Under the pieces are notes generated by a model, which was given only the letters and a program-made list of their open reading frames with translations, was not told the DNA's origin and did not search any database. The position numbers and the translations under genes were made by a program. From a virus, in the IMG/VR virus record IMGVR_UViG_3300046703_000247, positions 19,234 through 83,233 of that record: DNA of 64,000 nt. One strand, 5' to 3'. Below are positions 48,840 through 58,153 of this stretch, one piece after another. Within the stretch, counting starts at the first letter, position 1. Every line of letters starts with the position of its first letter.

Positions 48840-49356
48840 GTAAAGCTCCTTGCGCCGCCGCTTCGAACTGCTCGCCGAACCGCCGCACGATCTCACTGAG
48901 GCTCACCGAGTCCATAGCCACCAGCAGCGGCCGGCGCTCGTCCTTGTGGATTTCGCGGGTTTCCTTGTGCTGCGGCAGGTCGTAGTTGAGATGACAGTAC
49001 TGGCAAAAGATGGCCAGGTCGGCATCGTCGTTGCGTAGTGAGTCGTGGGTCAGATGTGTCATGGCCAGCGAAATGGTCACAGATCGCACGTTCTCCCACT
49101 TCCAGCGCGGCGTGCCATCGGGAGACCACCAGAAGCCGCCCACAGCCCAGGAGTTGAGGTGTGCTCGGAGCACGGTCGTCTTGTCCGGGACCCGGCACCG
49201 CTCGCACTTGTGACCGCAGCGCTCGAGCAGCCGCGCGCGGCGGGCCGCGTAGGACGGGCCGCGATAGACGAGCTCGCCTTCGGGATGCACTGGGTAGCCG
49301 GGAAGCGGCGGGATGTTCGGATCCCGGAGGTTGCGCATCTCACGCGAGAGGGGCAC
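48826..49356 (-). CDS. HNH-like Zn protein
   Basis: R.GHKCERC...L...HL.HD...N...L...CQYCHL.YD. Confidence 0.6.
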   Translation of the reverse strand: MPLSREMRNLRDPNIPPLPGYPVHPEGELVYRGPSYAARRARLLERCGHKCERCRVPDKTTVLRAHLNSWAVGGFWWSPDGTPRWKWENVRSVTISLAMTHLTHDSLRNDDADLAIFCQYCHLNYDLPQHKETREIHKDERRPLLVAMDSVSLSEIVRRFGEQFEAAAQGALHGSL

Positions 49357-49848
49357 TTACATCACCTTCTCGGTGGCCGCCGGCGCGTCGATCGCGGCGG
49401 GCTTTGGTAGCGGTAACTCCATTAACAAGCACATGGCGGCTCTCCATATTTCGAAGCCGAAGTTGCGGGCCGACCTTGGGAGTAGATGCAACTGACGCCC
49501 CTCGATCTCCACAACCACCGTGCCCGTCGTAGGGTCGGTATACACCACTGCAGCAATCTCCCGCATCCTAGAGGAATCGGGTTCCATCACCGCAGCCCCC
49601 ACAGGACGATCTCGCGCACCGCCAGAACGCTGAGCACGACAACACAGAGCACCAGCGCCTGTACGAGGCTGTGGTTGCGCGTCTCCAGGCTGTTTACCTT
49701 CGCCTGAAGATCCTCACCGGAGCGGACCGATTGCCGCACTCCGACGCCTTCCAGAAAGCCGCAGTCGTACTCGGTGAGTACCGCGGCCACTTCGTTCGGA
49801 TTCTCTGAGCCTTTGTCTTTCACTACTCGCCGCCTGTCCTTTCGGTTT

Positions 49849-51105
49849 CTACCCACTGGCGCCCCGCCGGCGCCGTTTCGCCCACACGTCGGCCGCATCC
49901 TTGGCTAGATTGATCGCAAACCCCCACCGTGTGAATTTTTCTACCCTCGCCAGCACGCAATCGTGTAGGATCGCGAGCGGCGCCCCACCTTTGGCCTCCC
50001 AGATTTTCTTGGCTATCGCCTCGGGCAGGGTACCGCCGACCAACCGCACTGGGACCAGGGCCTCGAGCATCTCGGTCATGGCCTCGATCGTCTCGGCGGC
50101 GGCCGGTTCCGTCTCATTTGACGGCTCAGCCTGGTGAGCTCTCAAAACCACCTGATACGCAACCCGCGAGAAGCCGAGTGGCCGCAGGGCCGCCGCAATC
50201 TGGGAGGCGTACTCGTCTTCGAGCCAACTCCTGGTCGGCTTGTTCGGCACGGCCACCTGGACCAGGCCATTCTCGACCGCGATGAATTCCGTCCGGGCGA
50301 TCCAGTTCTGGTAGCCCTCGGGGCTCAACTTCGCTGCCAGCGCCTCCTTGACGCGCTCCCAGACGTTCAGAGCCCTTCCATCCTTCGAAACAGTGTTTAT
50401 TGCAGCAATTGGGGTTACGGATGAATTACCCGAACTCCTGATGGGGTAATTCGGATCTCCCTCGGCGCTTCCTGGGGGCTTTGAGGGGATTGTCTTCGCC
50501 GGCTTGCGGACCTCTTCGAACTTGACGCTGCCGTTGGCGAGGAGTTTGACATATTTGGCTGGGCACTCTGACCCATCCCCCACGCACTTCTGACCCTTGG
50601 CTATGGGTCGGCGCCGTGAGCCCTCAGCGAGCTCGTCCAGGTGCAGCAGCTCCTCAACCTCATCGCTGTTGTGTGGGTTGGGGTTGCCACTGCGGGTGTT
50701 CGGCAGGTCGGGGAGTTCCCTAAGTCGCTGGGGATTCACCCTGTAGGCCATCGCCGGGCGACCGCGAGAACCTGTGGACGGACTAGGGGCGGCTTCTAAA
50801 ATGCCGAGCTCGACCGCTTGGGTGAAGGCCCTCTCTACAGCCTTCACTGTGGTATCACAGAGTTCAGCGAGCTTGGTGTGGACAGGGACGCAAAACGGAT
50901 CCGTTCGGTTCTTGACGTACCGTGGGTCCCAACACGTCCGGGCGAGAGTCTGACCGACAACCTCGCGTAGCAGACCCCTTCCCAACTTGCGTGGACCTAA
51001 AGTGAAGTACTCCAGGGGGATGGCCGCCCAGACGCCCCAGGAGGCCTCCGTGGGGGCTGGATTGCCGCGGGGTGGTCGGGGCCTCACCTGCGCTGCCGCT
51101 GCCAT
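49849..51105 (-). CDS. Putative replication initiator with wHTH and a DnaA domain I-like region
   Basis: HTKLAELC..TVKAVERA....V..G.L; VW..V...L...LS...Y..WI.......V.VPN.....WL...Y...I. Confidence 0.6.
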   Translation of the reverse strand: MAAAAQVRPRPPRGNPAPTEASWGVWAAIPLEYFTLGPRKLGRGLLREVVGQTLARTCWDPRYVKNRTDPFCVPVHTKLAELCDTTVKAVERAFTQAVELGILEAAPSPSTGSRGRPAMAYRVNPQRLRELPDLPNTRSGNPNPHNSDEVEELLHLDELAEGSRRRPIAKGQKCVGDGSECPAKYVKLLANGSVKFEEVRKPAKTIPSKPPGSAEGDPNYPIRSSGNSSVTPIAAINTVSKDGRALNVWERVKEALAAKLSPEGYQNWIARTEFIAVENGLVQVAVPNKPTRSWLEDEYASQIAAALRPLGFSRVAYQVVLRAHQAEPSNETEPAAAETIEAMTEMLEALVPVRLVGGTLPEAIAKKIWEAKGGAPLAILHDCVLARVEKFTRWGFAINLAKDAADVWAKRRRRGASG

Positions 51106-51206
51106 CAGCCGCGCCCCGTGGGGGGCTCGAACTTCCGATAACAGATATTATCGTCGCCCATTTTCAAACACCCGTCGGGCGCGGCTTCCCAGGGCCACAC
51201 CTCACC

Positions 51207-51440
51207 CTACGCTGCTTCGGTTTGCTGCCGCCTGCGCTTCGCCGCCCGCTGCCGGCCCTTCGCGATCGCCACCCCGTGCGCCGCCCGCTGCTCGGGAGTA
51301 GCCTGCGCCCAGCGCTTCGCCGCCCGCTCACGATTTGTGGCGCGGAGTTGCTCCGGCGTCAGGGAATTCACCCAGGCTTTGCCACCCCGAGATGCTACCT
51401 CGGCTATGGTGATGGAACCGCGTTCACGCTTCGCGGACAT
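51207..51440 (-). CDS. Small basic repeat protein (paralogue 3)
   Basis: GGKAW..SLTPEQ / AKRWAQATPEQR. Confidence 0.55.
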   Translation of the reverse strand: MSAKRERGSITIAEVASRGGKAWVNSLTPEQLRATNRERAAKRWAQATPEQRAAHGVAIAKGRQRAAKRRRQQTEAA

Positions 51441-51447
51441 TAGGAGA

Positions 51448-51476
51448 ATTGTATACGGACTAGTTCTAAAGTGCAA
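51448..51476 (-). promoter_or_regulatory. sigma70-like promoter, probably leaderless
   Basis: TTGCAC-17-TACAAT, 7 nt before ATG 51440. Confidence 0.65.
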
Positions 51477-52022
51477 CTCTTTTTTTCAGGAAGCCCCTGT
51501 AGTGTATAGGCTTACACCTAATTTCCCTATCAGCAGTTGGGGTAATCCAGGGGGAGAACAAACAGCGAACGACCCCCAACAGGAGATGGGGTTTCTGGCA
51601 CCGTATCCTTATTGCGTTAAACACTACTTAGAGTACGTCTTTGAGAGTAGGTAGGTAGGTAGAAGAGACCCACCCACCGACTCCCTCGAAGCACTCCCAG
51701 CCGGACACAGCACAGAGAACGAACGGCTGAATTCCGGTCAGGTGCTGCTTGGGTGCTCGCCCCCGGCTCGGGTGCCCTCCCGCCTGCCCTCCGCAGCCCT
51801 GCACCCGGTGTGGAAGTTCTTTCACACTTGGCAGATTTGAAACTCCACGGATTGGGTCGGGTTGTGGGTGAAACTTGCTGCAGATCCAGCCTGTCAGCCG
51901 CTTGCAATCCGAGTAAACGGTTGTAAACTAAAGACCGTGGAGTCTTTTTTTGGCTCGATAGACCATTCCTGCGGTGAGGTTTAGCTGCAGCGTCTTGCCA
52001 TCGGCTCCCAGGGATCCCAACA

Positions 52023-52673
52023 ATGCCCAGCGGCAACTGGGGGCGGCGGGGATCAGGCGCCAGTAAGAGCGCTACCCTCCTCCGCTCCAAGACTTCGAGC
52101 AGATGGGCTGCCAAACGGTCCATCTTCCTCCGCAACCGCATCATCGAGTCGGAACTGGGACTAGTAGAACCCATAGCCCGGCACATTCTGGGTTCCCTCC
52201 CGCCTTCGTTTGAGCTGGATGATCTAGTCTCAGCCGGGCACCTGGGTCTGATCGAAGCCGCCGGCCGGTTCATCTCGAGCGGCAGCCGGAGCCCACAGGC
52301 ACGCTTCCGCAGTTTCGCCCGCTACCGCATACGCGGAGCTATCCTCGACTCGATCCGCCGCGGGCGTTATCGCGACGCCACCCATGGGCCGATCGAGGAG
52401 GCCGCCGCCAGGCCCGGGGAAGACATGGAGGCAGACCTCGCCCATAAGGAAGCGCTGGAGGCCGTGCAGCAAGCCCTGAAGTCACTCTCGCGAGCAGAGG
52501 CTCGCCTGGTGAGCCTGCACTACGCCCGCGGGCTGCCGCTCTACCGGGTTGGGGAAGCGCTCAACATCCCGCCGGGGGATGCCTCAATTTTGCGACAGCA
52601 AACCCTCAACCACCTGCGCGCCTCCCTCGCTCAAACCCCCGCCCCAGAGCCCGAAGCGGAAGTTCTTCTGTAG
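52023..52673 (+). CDS. FliA/WhiG-like sigma factor
   Basis: DDLVSAG.LGLIEAA.RF...F.SFA.YRIRGAILD.IR; region 4 HTH. Confidence 0.8.
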   Translation: MPSGNWGRRGSGASKSATLLRSKTSSRWAAKRSIFLRNRIIESELGLVEPIARHILGSLPPSFELDDLVSAGHLGLIEAAGRFISSGSRSPQARFRSFARYRIRGAILDSIRRGRYRDATHGPIEEAAARPGEDMEADLAHKEALEAVQQALKSLSRAEARLVSLHYARGLPLYRVGEALNIPPGDASILRQQTLNHLRASLAQTPAPEPEAEVLL

Positions 52674-52703
52674 ATTTTCCAGGAAGTGGCGACTTGTATA
52701 TGA

Positions 52704-53141
52704 GTGACAAAAGCAGTACCGATAGATCGATCGAAAACTCCGAAACCGGCCGAGCGCGCGAAACTCGTTGATGAGTACGGCGCGCTCCAGGCCTCCCTCG
52801 TGCCGAAGGTAGCCCGCCTGAAGGAACTGATCGAACAGTTCCGCGACTGGGCGGAAGCCGAGAAGAAGGCCTGCGAGGCCGCGCTCTTCGAAGGCCACCG
52901 CTACGCGGTTCCGGTGACCGAGCGGGCCAAGAAGCGCAAGATCAAATCCCTCCAGAAACTCTTCGACCTGCTCGGGCAGCAGGTGTTTCTGGATGCTTGC
53001 AGTATGCGGATCGACACCGCCGAGAAGCACCTGAAGCCCGCGGAGCGGACCCGGATGATCGAGGACCTGGGCAACGTCGGCGTTCGCACGGTGGAAGACG
53101 CCATCCTACGCCCGACGTCGACCAGAAAAGCCGCAGCCTGA
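52704..53141 (+). CDS. Hypothetical phage protein
   Basis: Helical ORF, LVDEYG.L. Confidence 0.5.
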   Translation: MTKAVPIDRSKTPKPAERAKLVDEYGALQASLVPKVARLKELIEQFRDWAEAEKKACEAALFEGHRYAVPVTERAKKRKIKSLQKLFDLLGQQVFLDACSMRIDTAEKHLKPAERTRMIEDLGNVGVRTVEDAILRPTSTRKAAA

Positions 53142-53159
53142 ACCGGAAAGGGTTGAAGT

Positions 53160-53705
53160 GTGGAGAGTGCCTGTGTGGGACAAGGGGGCGAAGCCTGTCG
53201 CTGGTACGCCCTGCAGGTCCGATCACAGTTCGAGAGGAAAGTCCGCGATGCGCTGAACCAGGCTCAGATCGAACCGTACCTGCCCACCTACCAGACCCGG
53301 GCGCGCTGGAGCGACCGAACCAAGACGGTGGAGCGGATTCTGTTCCCCGGCTACGTTTTCGGCCGCTTCGAACTCGGCCGGCGCCGCACGGCGATCGCGC
53401 TTACCGGTGTGGTGAGGATTCTGGGCGTTGGGGCACAGCCAATTGCCATCGAGGATGCCGAGATTGTGAATTTGCAGCGCGTCATCGAAGCCGGTCTCGA
53501 CCCACTTCCGGCGGCCTCCCTGGCCGCGGGGCAGCGGGTCCGGGTAGTGGAAGGTCCGTTGGCCGGGGTGGAGGGCGCCATTGTGCGTCTGAAGGGCGTC
53601 CTGCGCATCGTGGTGGCCATCTCGCTGCTCAACCGGGCGGTGAGCGCCGAGGTGGACGTCGACTCCGTCGAGCCGATCCTTGCCACCCAGCGCGCCGCCG
53701 CGTAG
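53160..53705 (+). CDS. NusG paralogue (RfaH/UpxY-like antiterminator)
   Basis: WYALQVRSQFE.KV, YLP, LFPGYVF, KOW motif GQRVRV.EGPL.G.EG. Confidence 0.85.
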   Translation: MESACVGQGGEACRWYALQVRSQFERKVRDALNQAQIEPYLPTYQTRARWSDRTKTVERILFPGYVFGRFELGRRRTAIALTGVVRILGVGAQPIAIEDAEIVNLQRVIEAGLDPLPAASLAAGQRVRVVEGPLAGVEGAIVRLKGVLRIVVAISLLNRAVSAEVDVDSVEPILATQRAAA

Positions 53706-53706
53706 T

Positions 53707-54213
53707 ATGGCCAAAGCCCAGAAACCAGTAGCCCGTAGAATACATCGTAAGTTGCAACCCGAGGTGGTCGCCGCCCCGAAAAGCCGGATCCGCCCGGTCA
53801 AGATCCGGCAGGCCGCATTTCTGGCCGCCTATGCGGAGATGGCGAGCGTCAGTTGGGCCGCCAAAGCCTCCCGAATTTCCCGCGACTGCCACTATCAATG
53901 GCTTGCCAACGATCCGGAATACGTCAAGAAATGGGAAGCCGTCCAGCCACGGGCTCTACAGCTACTGTTAGACGAAGTCTGGCGCCGCGCGCGCGTGGGA
54001 GTCGAAGAGCCGGTCTTCTACCAGGGCGAGATCTGCGGCACGGTTCAGAAGTACTCCGATGGCCTAGCACAATCACTATTGCGCGCCTTAGACCCGCGCT
54101 TCCGAGAAAAGACCGAACTCTCCGGGCCGGGCGGCGGGCCTGTGCAGATTGACATCGCCGAACGCCTCAACGCGGCCCGTAAGAGGATAGCCGCAGAACC
54201 CCATGCGGAATGA
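53707..54213 (+). CDS. terS: Terminase small subunit
   Basis: FL..YA....V..AA....ISR..HY.W...D.EY; RRA..GV.EPVF..G.....KYSD; ELSGP.GGP. Confidence 0.75.
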   Translation: MAKAQKPVARRIHRKLQPEVVAAPKSRIRPVKIRQAAFLAAYAEMASVSWAAKASRISRDCHYQWLANDPEYVKKWEAVQPRALQLLLDEVWRRARVGVEEPVFYQGEICGTVQKYSDGLAQSLLRALDPRFREKTELSGPGGGPVQIDIAERLNAARKRIAAEPHAE

Positions 54214-55700
54214 GCACTGCCACCGAACTCGACAACGAACTGGCCGACGAAGTCGGCAAGTTTTATGCCGACCCCTTCGGCTTTGTACGGTTTGCGTACC
54301 CATGGGGGGAACCGGGCCCGCTCAGCAACTATCAGGGTCCGGACGTCTGGCAGGAGAAATACCTTCGGCAGGTAGGGGAGGAAATACTCAAGCGCAGATT
54401 CGACGGTCTGAACAGCGTCGATCCTCTGCGGGAAGCTACCGCTTCCGGACACGGAATCGGCAAGAGTACGGTGGTCGCATGGCTGGTCAACTGGATCATG
54501 TCCACCCGGCCGAACGCGCAGGGGACCGTCACCGCCAACACCTTCCCCCAGTTGCGGACCAAGACCTGGGCGGCTATTCAAAAATGGAACAGGCTCTCCA
54601 TCACGCAGCGCTGGTTCACGACCAGTGCCAGCCGCATGTACCAGCGGGACCATCCGGCCACCTGGTTCTGTTCGCCTCAGACGTGCCGCGAGGAGAACTC
54701 CGAGGCTTTTGCCGGTCAGCACGCGGCGTCCTCCACCAGCTTCTACATTTTCGACGAGGCCTCGGCGGTTCCGGACATCATCTTCGAGGTGGCCGAGGGG
54801 GGGATGACAGACGGCGAGCCCATGATGTTCGCCTTTGGCAACCCGACCAGGAACACAGGCAAATTCTTCCGCGCCACATTCGGACCGGAGCGGGGCCGCT
54901 GGATACACCGATCCATCGATTCCCGCGAATGCGCCCTTCCCAACAAGTCTCTAATTCAGGAATGGATTGCCGACTACGGCGAGGATTCCGACTTTGTGCG
55001 GGTCCGCGTCCGCGGCCTTCCACCCCGAGCTTCCGAGATTCAGTTCATCGATCTGGACCGGATCTATGCAGCGCAGAAGAAGGAGGCTCAGTCGCTTCCG
55101 GACGACCCCCTCATCGCCGGCGTGGATGTCAGCGGCGGCGGATCTGCCTGGAACGTGGTGCGCTTTCGAAGAGGCAAGGATGCCAGAACCCTTCCGCCGG
55201 TGCGTATTGCCGGATCCCGGGCGGACCGGGAGGCGCTGATTGCCATGCTGGCCGCACTTCTCCAGGACAAGAGCCCAGAGAAGCAAATCCAGGTAATGTT
55301 TATCGACTCCGCCTTCGGCTCCCCGATTGTGGAGCGCCTCCACGTTCTGGGCAACAAAAACGTGGTCGAGGTCAACTTCGGCGGCCGGTCTCCGGACATT
55401 CACCAACTCAACCTGCGGGCCTATATGTGGAACCAGGTGAAAGAATGGCTGCCCAGCGGGTCAATCGATCCCAACGATGAGCAGCTCGAGATAGACCTCA
55501 GTGGGCCCGGATTTCACTTCAACAAGACCAACCAGTTGGTTTTGGAACCCAAAGAACAAATGCTGAAGCGCGGGTTGAGTTCGCCTGACGACGGAGACGC
55601 CTTGGCCCTGACCTTCGCGCAGGCAGTAGCCCCAGCTCCCAAGAAGCCCAAGCCCTCATCCAGTCACGGGTATACCGGCCCCGGCTCCTGGATGACATAG
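54210..55700 (+). CDS. terL: Terminase large subunit
   Basis: SGHGIGKS Walker A, IFDEAS Walker B, GNPT, GVDV, SPD.GDALALTFA. Confidence 0.92.
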   Translation: MSTATELDNELADEVGKFYADPFGFVRFAYPWGEPGPLSNYQGPDVWQEKYLRQVGEEILKRRFDGLNSVDPLREATASGHGIGKSTVVAWLVNWIMSTRPNAQGTVTANTFPQLRTKTWAAIQKWNRLSITQRWFTTSASRMYQRDHPATWFCSPQTCREENSEAFAGQHAASSTSFYIFDEASAVPDIIFEVAEGGMTDGEPMMFAFGNPTRNTGKFFRATFGPERGRWIHRSIDSRECALPNKSLIQEWIADYGEDSDFVRVRVRGLPPRASEIQFIDLDRIYAAQKKEAQSLPDDPLIAGVDVSGGGSAWNVVRFRRGKDARTLPPVRIAGSRADREALIAMLAALLQDKSPEKQIQVMFIDSAFGSPIVERLHVLGNKNVVEVNFGGRSPDIHQLNLRAYMWNQVKEWLPSGSIDPNDEQLEIDLSGPGFHFNKTNQLVLEPKEQMLKRGLSSPDDGDALALTFAQAVAPAPKKPKPSSSHGYTGPGSWMT

Positions 55701-55722
55701 CGAATTTCAGAAGGAGACTTAC

Positions 55723-55977
55723 ATGGACATGCAACCGACCACAGCGATAGGAACCCGCGGCAGCTCCGTGAAGCCCGGCGAGGTCGACAGCCTTTCGATT
55801 CAGCGCGCCGACAACGGTTTCACGGTCTCGATTCAGACCAAGCAGAAGCCGCTCAAGAAAGGCGAGAACCGCGACTGGGACGCCGGCCGCGAAAATGAGG
55901 TTTACACGAGCGTGGAAAGCCTCTGCGCCCGGATTCGGACAGCCTTCGCCGGGGTGAAGCTCGAGAAATCAGCGTAG
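55723..55977 (+). CDS. Hypothetical protein
   Basis: AAGGAG RBS; I.RADNGF.V. Confidence 0.55.
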   Translation: MDMQPTTAIGTRGSSVKPGEVDSLSIQRADNGFTVSIQTKQKPLKKGENRDWDAGRENEVYTSVESLCARIRTAFAGVKLEKSA

Positions 55978-55995
55978 TCCATTTCCGGGTAGCCG

Positions 55996-57021
55996 ATGGT
56001 TGCCAAGAAGCCAAAAGCCGAGTCCGTTTCCACTTGCGGAGCCGCTGCGGCCGCCGCGGTGCGCCAGCTCGACCCCACGGTGCTCGGCAAGCGCTCCACA
56101 GCGCTGGCAGTAGGTCTCGCCGCCTCAGTTATCGGGCAGGCGGGCGCCACCCAGGAGGTCATGAAGGCCTGGGTCAAGGCGAACTCCGGGCTTTCCAATC
56201 CACAGCGGCCCTTGGTCAGCCTGCTCTTCACTGGTCCGTCCGGGGTGGGGAAGACGCTCACAGTGGAGGTTCTCGCTGAACTGATTCACGGCAGCCGGAA
56301 GAATATGCTCAGAATCGACTGCGCCGAATTCCAACTCCAGCACGAGATGGCAAAACTTATCGGCGCGCCTCCGGGCTATCTGGGCCACCGGGAGACCCAG
56401 CCGATGCTGACGCAACAGAAGTTACAGATGGCGACCAGTGAGAAATCCCACATCTGCCTGGTGCTCTTCGACGAGATTGAAAAGGCCAGCGATTCACTCT
56501 GGACCCTGTTGCTTGGGATTCTCGACAAGGCGACGCTGAACCTGGGAGACAACACCCGGGTGGATTTTTCGAACTGCATGATCTTTCTGAGCAGCAATCT
56601 CGGCAGCCGGGCGATTGAATCGCTACTTCGACCGAGCCTCGGATTCGCTCCAGCGACCGGTGATGGCATCGACGGCGCCGGCCGCGCGGCGGTGCGGAAA
56701 CACTTCACCGCCGAATTCCGCAACCGGCTGGACCAGGTTGTCGTGTTCAAGCCCCTCAGTCAGGCCGACATCGGGAGAATTTTCGACATCGAGATTGGCC
56801 GCCTTCCCGAACCCCTGAGTGTGTTGCCGAGCGACGCCGCGCGGGAGCGACTCATCAAGGATGGTTACCAGCCCGAGTTCGGGGCCCGGCACCTGGAGCG
56901 CGCAATAGAAGCCCACGTGATCCTGCCGATTGCGCACCTGATCGACAGCGGGCAACTCGAACCGAATGAACCGGTCCGGATTGACTGGAACGGACATCGT
57001 TTCGATTACTACAGAGTTTAA
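55996..57021 (+). CDS. Stand-alone ClpA/B second (D2) AAA+ domain
   Basis: VIGQ, GPSGVGKT, LIGAPPGYLG, LFDEIEKA, EFRNRLD, FGAR.L.R. Confidence 0.85.
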   Translation: MVAKKPKAESVSTCGAAAAAAVRQLDPTVLGKRSTALAVGLAASVIGQAGATQEVMKAWVKANSGLSNPQRPLVSLLFTGPSGVGKTLTVEVLAELIHGSRKNMLRIDCAEFQLQHEMAKLIGAPPGYLGHRETQPMLTQQKLQMATSEKSHICLVLFDEIEKASDSLWTLLLGILDKATLNLGDNTRVDFSNCMIFLSSNLGSRAIESLLRPSLGFAPATGDGIDGAGRAAVRKHFTAEFRNRLDQVVVFKPLSQADIGRIFDIEIGRLPEPLSVLPSDAARERLIKDGYQPEFGARHLERAIEAHVILPIAHLIDSGQLEPNEPVRIDWNGHRFDYYRV

Positions 57022-57024
57022 TTC

Positions 57025-57079
57025 GTAGCCCCCAGGGGCGAAACCCTGCGGTTTCTCCCCCGGTACCCCTTCTTCCCTG
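57025..57079 (-). repeat. Hairpin element copy 22 (intergenic; close to copy 2)
   Basis: Reverse complement CAGGGAAGAAGGGG..GGGGGAGAAACC-GCAG-GGTTTCGCCCC. Confidence 0.9.
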
Positions 57080-57110
57080 CTTTTTAGAACCAACACAGGA
57101 GACACACACC

Positions 57111-57341
57111 ATGAACGCATACGAAATTCGTCTGGAAGTTCTCAGGATTGCAAAGGCTGTTGTGCAGGAAAACGCCGTCGAATGGGTCACTACAGACAAT
57201 GGGGTACCTTGCGCCAAGCAAAAGCCCTATCAGGTCGGTGAGGTGCTTCAAACAGCAAAGACGATGTACGGGTTCGTCGAAGGAGAGCCCGATGCCTTAC
57301 AACTGGGCGCGGCTGCCCGGAGGGCCAAGATCGTCGCATAG
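57111..57341 (+). CDS. Small phage protein
   Basis: AGGAG RBS; N.YEIRLEVL..AK....EVL..AK.MY.FV. Confidence 0.6.
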   Translation: MNAYEIRLEVLRIAKAVVQENAVEWVTTDNGVPCAKQKPYQVGEVLQTAKTMYGFVEGEPDALQLGAAARRAKIVA

Positions 57342-57349
57342 ATGTCACG

Positions 57350-57407
57350 AGGGAAAAAGTGGGGCTGGGAGAAGAAACCGTCGGTTTCGTCTCCCAGAGT
57401 CCCAGCC
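57350..57407 (+). repeat. Hairpin element copy 23 (intergenic)
   Basis: AGGGAAAAAGTGGGG.CTGGGAGAAGAAACC-GTC-GGTTTCGTCTCCCAG. Confidence 0.9.
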
Positions 57408-57441
57408 AACAAGCACCTCCGACCGAAACAAGGAACCAGCC

Positions 57442-57642
57442 ATGCCCGCTAAGTCGATTGCCATGCAGCAGGCCGCCGCGATCGCGCTGCACCATCCCTC
57501 AAAGCTCAGTAAGAAGAACCGCTCGCTCAAGCGCATGAGCCCCGAGCAGCTTCGGGAATTCGCTTCTACTCCCCATGCAGGGTTGCCCCAACACAGTGTT
57601 CCCCTCACCCAAATCGGACATCGCGCCGCCAAGCGCAAGTAA
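57442..57642 (+). CDS. DUF3008-like small basic protein
   Basis: MPAKS...Q.AA.IAL.....MS..QL.EFAST...GLP. Confidence 0.6.
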   Translation: MPAKSIAMQQAAAIALHHPSKLSKKNRSLKRMSPEQLREFASTPHAGLPQHSVPLTQIGHRAAKRK

Positions 57643-58135
57643 CCCGCCGGCCAACTTTGCAGATCAGTTGGCGCAGTTGTTCGCGACACACGGCGCGATC
57701 TACCGGCGCCTGGCCTATCGGTATCTCGACTCGAACGACGATGCCGAGGATGCCGTGCAGAACGCTTTTCTGCGGGCCATCGAGCGCCACCACCAGTTCC
57801 GCGGGCAGTCGCTGCTCTCGGGATGGGTCATGCGCATCCTTCAGCGCGAGTGTCTGGATCAGCTTCGGCTGCGCGCCCGGCGGCCCGCGGAGGAGTTGGA
57901 TGAGCGCCACGCCGGCGCGGAAGAGTTTCCCATGGGCGACTTACTTCTCAATCACTGGCGCTCGGCCGTCCTGCAGCACCTGTTCCGGCTGACCGCCGGC
58001 GAGCGGCGGTTTCTCGGAAGAGTACTTGACGACGAGGACCTCAATATGAGCCTCCCTGGCAACAAGAGCCTGCGCCACCGGGTGCTTACGAAGCTACGGT
58101 TCGCCGTGCAGCGCAAGACCCAATGCCGCAATTGA
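57575..58135 (+). CDS. ECF-type sigma factor
   Basis: A.RYL....DAEDAVQ.AFL.A......FRGQS....W..RI....C.D..R; region 4 degenerate. Confidence 0.7.
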   Translation: MQGCPNTVFPSPKSDIAPPSASNPPANFADQLAQLFATHGAIYRRLAYRYLDSNDDAEDAVQNAFLRAIERHHQFRGQSLLSGWVMRILQRECLDQLRLRARRPAEELDERHAGAEEFPMGDLLLNHWRSAVLQHLFRLTAGERRFLGRVLDDEDLNMSLPGNKSLRHRVLTKLRFAVQRKTQCRN

Positions 58136-58153
58136 TTACCTCCGGATTCGACC

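Noticed and set aside
51647-51662. (GTAG)4 as a REP-type GTAG signature
   Set aside because: Single short microsatellite not attached to a palindrome or to the hairpin family.
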